This document shows positions 58,497-64,000 of a stretch of 64,000 bases of DNA, piece after piece. The position numbers and the translations under genes were made by a program. The stretch lies in assembly GCA_964016885.1 (NCBI GenBank), contig OZ024754.1:35588001-35652000 (forward strand). Reading direction: 5' to 3'. The notes beneath the pieces are model-generated. The model made no database searches. It was not told the DNA's origin and was given only the letters and a program-made list of their open reading frames with translations. The number at the start of each line of letters is the position of its first letter. The stretch's first letter is position 1. This DNA is from Eledone cirrhosa (lineage: Eukaryota).

Positions 58497-59082
58497 CACA
58501 CACATATGTGTATATATATATATATATGTGTGTGTATATATATAACTATATATATATATATATATTAGAAAGATCGAGTATCGAAAAATCGGCGCACGAG
58601 TTCACGATAAACAAAATTCGAAATGAGCGGCAGAGGGCTCAATAATTCAGATGAATCAGAGCTATAACTATCGTTAAAATACCGTCACATATAGAACAAG
58701 TCTACAATCAACCATACGATAAAAAATCGATAATAGAAGATTCGGGACAAACAGATAAAAAATATCAATAAAACAATACATCAATAATTTAAATGAATGT
58801 AAAATCATACCCGGACCCACTAGAAAGGTGTTAAATCTAGCTTCTTGGGTTTCTGTAAATCCTTAGAATATATACACACACATATATGTGTATATATATA
58901 TATATGTATGTGTGTGTGTATATATATAGCTATATATATATATATATGTATATGTATACATGTGTGTGTGGGTGTGTGGGTGTGTGTTCTGCGTTGGAAC
59001 AAGATGTCAAAATATTACCATTATATTTATATACGTACGATCTCTATCCAGAGTTTCTCATACGAGGGGTGTAAGGAGCTCT

Positions 59083-59134
<52 letters not shown>

Positions 59135-59338
59135 ACTTATATGTTTGAATTAATGTTGGCATTTTGGTTACATTAATTTCTCTATTTTCATTTATATATA
59201 TATAACAATATATAACAATGAAACAATGAAATAAAAATTCAAATCATTAGAAATATACTTCACTGCTTTACGATCGTTTCTAGGTGATGATAATACATCG
59301 TAACCATACTTCATATATATATGTATATATATATATAC

Positions 59339-59399
<61 letters not shown>

Positions 59400-59932
59400 G
59401 TAGGAGGTGAGTTTTATTGTAGTACAATAAAGCAATGCAGATATCGGATAAGAAGCACTCTTCCAACGGTTCCCAACCTCTCTATATTAAAACAATATAT
59501 CTTTTTCTCAGTTATAAAAACTATCTCTTTCTCTCTATCACCCATCTCTCCCTCTCCACCTTCACTCTCATCTCCTCCCCCCTTTTTTTCATCCTTTCCA
59601 CCCCCCCTCCCTAAATAAAATATTTTTTCCTCGCACATATCCTCCCTTCGTTAATTTTCAAAATTTTTAATTTATACAGTATCTTCCAACGGTTTTCAAC
59701 CCCTCTATGTAAAAAAAAATATATCTCCTCTCAGTTATAAAAACTATCTCTTTCTCTCTATCACCCATCTCTCCCTCTCATCTCCTTCCCTTTTCATCCT
59801 TTCCCCCCCCCCCTCTCTAAATAAAATATTTTTCCCAATATCACACATCAATCTAAAACCACTTTTCATATGTTGATTTAAAACTGCACTATCAACAAGT
59901 GTTTTTTTTAGCCTTCATATCATGTTCTCCTG

Positions 59933-59999
59933 TTTTATCTGATGAAAACACAAATATTATTGCTTGATGATGTTTGTTTTTGAAATGCGCATAATAAAA
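59933..59999 (+). ncRNA. Type-I hammerhead (TGCGCA family)
   Basis: TTTTAT CTGATGA … GAAA TGCGCA TA ATAAAA within the TA-flanked segment 59397-60040. Confidence 0.75.
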
Positions 60000-60031
60000 T
60001 ATATGGAACTCCTTTAACCATCTTTTGATCT

Positions 60032-60091
<60 letters not shown>

Positions 60092-60349
60092 GTATATATA
60101 TATAATTGGATACTTAGTAAAATCGAATCTCTGGCGGTTTGCAAGCAAATTCGGCCTACTATATGAAATGATGAGTCAACAAAGCACTCGATAGGGTAGG
60201 TCCTTAGAGCAATAACATACGTTTAAATAGCTTGACAAATCGAACATTGTGGTAGGCAAAATCTAACACACAATATACCAAAGTAACGATAGAACTAACA
60301 GGTTGAGAAAAATACACCTGGACAAATCAAACGATTATACGTTTAAGGT

Positions 60350-60435
<86 letters not shown>

Positions 60436-60501
60436 ATATAGGTATATATATACAGTTGATATTAAATAAATAGAAACTATATTTATGAAAAAACCATATT
60501 A

Positions 60502-60561
60502 ATTCTATTATATATATTTCAAGGGTACCAAACAATTTGGTACGCTATCATCAAATAAAAT
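60502..60561 (-). ncRNA. Hammerhead homologue of 27709-27767 with uncompensated C3U change (probably inactive)
   Basis: Reverse complement: attttat TTGATGA tagcgtaccaaattgtttggtaccctt GAAA tatata TA atagaat. Confidence 0.55.
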
Positions 60562-60749
60562 ACAAAATGTTTTATAAATATTTGACATGACCAAGTACGA
60601 TATACCTTAACGGAATACTTACTACAGAAACTTGTCGAGTGCTTTGAATCAGTTGTAAACATCTATATTTGTTGGATTGCCAACAAATTAAATATCTCTT
60701 ATACATATATATATATATTTATACATGCATATATACATATATATGTATG

Positions 60750-60798
<49 letters not shown>

Positions 60799-61183
60799 CT
60801 AGGAATTGATCAACATATATATAAATAAATATAAACATGAAAAATCACAGGAGATAATTTTTACAAGCGTGTAACCACGCATGGCTAGTAGGTAACAAAT
60901 AAATAAAGTTAACTAGAACTTCAAAAATATATACCTTTTAATGATTAATCTTCCCTGTATATATATATATATATATACTGTTATACTTGGGGAGGGTCAT
61001 ATTTGTGTAATATTGCCAGAATTAATAACAGAACACACTCACTGTTTGGTTGGTTTTCGCTTTTCGCTTCTGTGTCTTTTATATCAGTAATCTAATTTAT
61101 TCGGTCCTCAATGTTGCCATTGACTGACCGACGGTCAAAAATAATACAGATACAATATAGACACAAACACATATATATAGTTT

Positions 61184-61225
61184 ATCAAAGTTATTTCGTT
61201 GCACATCTGCAACATCGTCAGTGGT
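61184..61225 (-). ncRNA. Minimal type-I hammerhead-like motif in PLE 3' UTR
   Basis: Reverse complement: acca CTGACGA tgttgca-gatg-tgcaac GAAA taac TT tgat. Core and stem II are good; stems I and III are imperfect. Confidence 0.55.
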
Positions 61226-61499
61226 GCTATTGTTTCCTCCCGTTACATTGTATGTCTACGCCATTTTTATTTAGTCTGTCTATATATTTATTTATTTATT
61301 TGTTTGTTTGTTTATTTTATTTTGTCTTCTTTGCGCATGCGTTTGCGTGTGTATAGTGTTTTGTTTGATGTGTGTTCGTGATTGGGTGACTGTGTATCGG
61401 TTAATGTATTCTATCTTTACTAGTGTGTGTTTATATGTGTTTGTTGTTATTGTGCTTGTGTATGTATTTATTTATTTGTTTATCTATTTATTTATTTAT

Positions 61500-62100
61500 T
61501 TATACTTCTCTTAGGTCAGTGTTGTTTGTTTGGGTGTTGTTGTTATTCCATTCATTCTTTCTGTTTAGTCTTGGCCTTCTAAGTTCTATTTCACTGGCCT
61601 CTCTGATTTGCCTATCTGCTGGGTCATTTCTATGTTTAGATATTATTCTAATTTCTAAGTTGTCTATGTTACCGTCGTGTTGTTGTCTGGCATGTTCGTA
61701 TAGTACTGACCCATTTTTTCGTCCTTTTAGTTCCCCCCAGTGTTGGTCTATCCTTTCACCTATGCTACGAGCTGTCTCGCCTATGTATGTTTTTGTCATG
61801 TTTCTGTAAGTACCCTCTGTACATCTTATGCTATAGACTACGTTTCTAGTTTTACAGTTTATCCGAGGGTTTACCTTACATATGATACATTTCCTATTAG
61901 TACAGTGGGTTTTCTTAAAAGGGTAGGTTTTGCTGATCAGGGATTTTATGGTGGTTCCTGGCTTTTCTACCACCTTAATCTTTAAGTGGGTCTTTCTCAT
62001 GGCCTTTCTACACTGGTTAGCTAATTTCCTTCCAGGGGTAGCGTCCACAAACATGACACTCTGGTATCTCTGGTTGTCGTACCATGAGGTGGCTTTCCCT
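61500..62100 (-). pseudogene. PLE GIY-YIG endonuclease region
   Basis: Frame reads GKATSWYDNQRYQSVMFVDATPG…CTNRKCIICK…NVVYSIRC…TYIGETARS…H…H…RQIREA…LN; out of frame with the upstream RT. Confidence 0.88.
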
Positions 62101-63992
62101 ATCTTATACTTTCCATTGTGCTACGTTCTAAATCAAACTTGTTAGTGCTCTCTAGTGGGGATGTTCTTATAACTATATTGATATCGTCTACGTAACGAGA
62201 GTACATGATTGGGTCTATGGAGTTCTCGTTAAGGAGATCTTTAAGTCTCCTTTCCCACCATACCATGAAAAGGTTGGCAACATCACCAGCTATGCTGACA
62301 CCAATGGCTGCTCCCTCATTTTGGGTGTAGATCTTCTCGTTGAACTTGAATATGTGGCCCTTTAGGGTAGTTTTGATACTAGCCCTTATTGCATGTGCGA
62401 CCGTTTTTCTTACCTGATCATTGTTTTGGGGGGTCCGTATAGCTTTGGTCCACCCAATCCACCTTCCCATGGGAGTCTTTTTTGCCATTGAGGTTATGGT
62501 GGGGGGTCTACCTCTTATGGGTCTACTAGGGCAGAAACGTCTAAGGTCATGGCTGTCTAGGTAGTCAGTGTCGTAGGTAAGTCTAAGTAGGAGGCCCAGT
62601 TCGTCTGTGTCGACGTCGCAGAACTCCACCTCACTCTCAATGATCATCTCCACACATTTTTCCACAGCAAAATCAATGTTAATGGATGGGTACAGTGATA
62701 CCACATCCATGCTGCCTATTATGCAGTTGGATAGGTTCCTGTTTTTGTTGCACTCACTGATTCTGCTGAGGAGGTCCTCTGTACTGTCACATACATCTGG
62801 GGACATCTTGATTATGGGGCGTATAACCATTGAGAGGAAGTAGGAGATCCTGCAGTTGCTAGCTATATTAGCTCCGCATACGGGTCTTGTTGGTGGACCT
62901 GTTGTCGGGTCGTCGACTGTCTTGTGGTCTTTGCGGAGCCCATACAAGGGTGGTATGCCATTGTTAGACGCCTGGAAGTTGTTGGCAGTGCGTCTGCTTG
63001 GCTTTAGGATGTCAGTCCACATCATCATGTGAGCGTTGAGGATTTTCTCTCTCCCATCATGTGTTTGCTGTGAAATTTCGCTCGTGTTGGTGATGTGGGG
63101 TTGCATAGCCTTGATGTAGTTCAGCATGCTGTCTATTGACATCCTACCAGACTTATCCGTAGGTAGACATACTACCTCACCATTCCTTGTGCGCTGCTTG
63201 AGGCTAACCAAGCCTTCTACAGGTTTCCTTCCAAGTTGTTGGGCCTCTGGTCTGCTCTGTCTCTTAGTATACCGGTCTACTATTTGTCTAATCTTATTTC
63301 TAGCTATGGTGAACTGTGCCTCTGTCTCGTCATCTATTTGTTGTGGTATGCAAACCCTTTTATTAAAGGGTAACCTCGTAGGATAGATATTACCCATCTT
63401 ATATGTTTTGTCAGCTGGGTTGAAAAATAGTTTCTCTAAGTGGTTGTCATTATCCCGCCGAGGTTGACTTTGCCTTTCATCCTTACGGGGTTGATAAAAT
63501 AAAGTACCAGTAATGCACTGGGTAATTGCTGGCCTTGTGCCTAAAGTAGAAACAATTATATCTATCGTCATAGTTGTGTGTGTTGCTATTATTGTTATCA
63601 TGGTTGTTGTTGTTGTTCCTATCATTAGCATTATTATTATTGTTATGATTGTTGTTACTGTTATTTCTACCATTGTGGTTGTTACTTTTATTATGTTTCT
63701 TGTTTTTGTTGTGTCTATCATTAATGTTGCTACATGTATTATTTCCATTATTACCACTGTGGTTATTGTTGTTGTTGTTCGTATTGTTACCGTTATTACT
63801 ACTGTGGTCGCTGTTGCTGTGTCTGTGGTTAATGTTTCTATTATTATTATTATTGTGGTTGTTGTTGTTCTGTCTATCGTTAGTATTATTACTATTATTA
63901 CTATTTCTCACTCTCCTGCTATTGTTATTGTTATGGCTGTTATTTCTATACTCTATATACAAATGTATATCACATCTGCAACAACACAGCAC
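62099..63992 (-). pseudogene. PLE reverse transcriptase ORF, interrupted by a 106-bp SINE insertion and ending at an apparent internal deletion
   Basis: ORF 62099..63757 carries the RT motifs. ORF 63483..63992 (Asn-rich) joins it in frame when 63454-63559 is removed (…YDDRY-NDNHLEK…). Confidence 0.85.
63454..63559 (+). mobile_element. 5'-truncated SINE family A inserted in the PLE ORF
   Basis: ATTAT duplicated at 63449-63453 and 63555-63559. Confidence 0.9.
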
Positions 63993-64000
63993 GCCATTTT

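Larger units (their letters stand above)
60978..64000 (-). mobile_element. Penelope-like retroelement (PLE), decayed: Asn-rich N-terminus, RT, Cys-rich linker, C-terminal GIY-YIG endonuclease, 3' UTR with hammerhead motif
   Basis: Minus-strand ORFs give PTDKSGR, PPLYGLRKDHK, RPVCGA, SMDVVSLYPSI, YTQNEGAAIG and YSRYVDD (RT), then CTNRKCIIC...NVVYSIRC...YIGETARSIGERIDQH...REASEI...LNRKNEW (GIY-YIG). The 3' end abuts (TA)n at about 60977. Confidence 0.92.

Noticed and set aside
62099-62101. Possible recoded stop (selenocysteine-type readthrough known from some PLEs)
   Set aside because: The stop is TAG, not TGA, and the downstream domain is in a different frame.

Overview
Eukaryotic, AT-rich, gene-poor window that is almost entirely repetitive. 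The microsatellite load and SINE/LINE repertoire suggest a cephalopod (octopus-like) genome, which is an inference. No intact host protein-coding gene is supportable, and nearly all long ORFs in the track are translations of simple repeats. Recognisable components: two tRNA-derived SINE families, RTE-like and Tx1/L1-like LINE remnants, mariner/Tigger-like and Helentron(HINE)-like DNA elements, many mini/microsatellites, and a decayed Penelope-like retroelement (RT plus GIY-YIG) at the right end. The main hidden signal is RNA structure. About 19 minimal type-I hammerhead ribozyme (HHR) motifs from several unrelated sequence families, folded by eye, sit in short segments embedded in (TA)n, many of them fold-back hairpins. 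They include a 558-bp head-to-tail retrozyme-like array with one HHR per monomer, two independent HHRs with a compensatory U3-A8 core pair, and HHRs with a U4C core.
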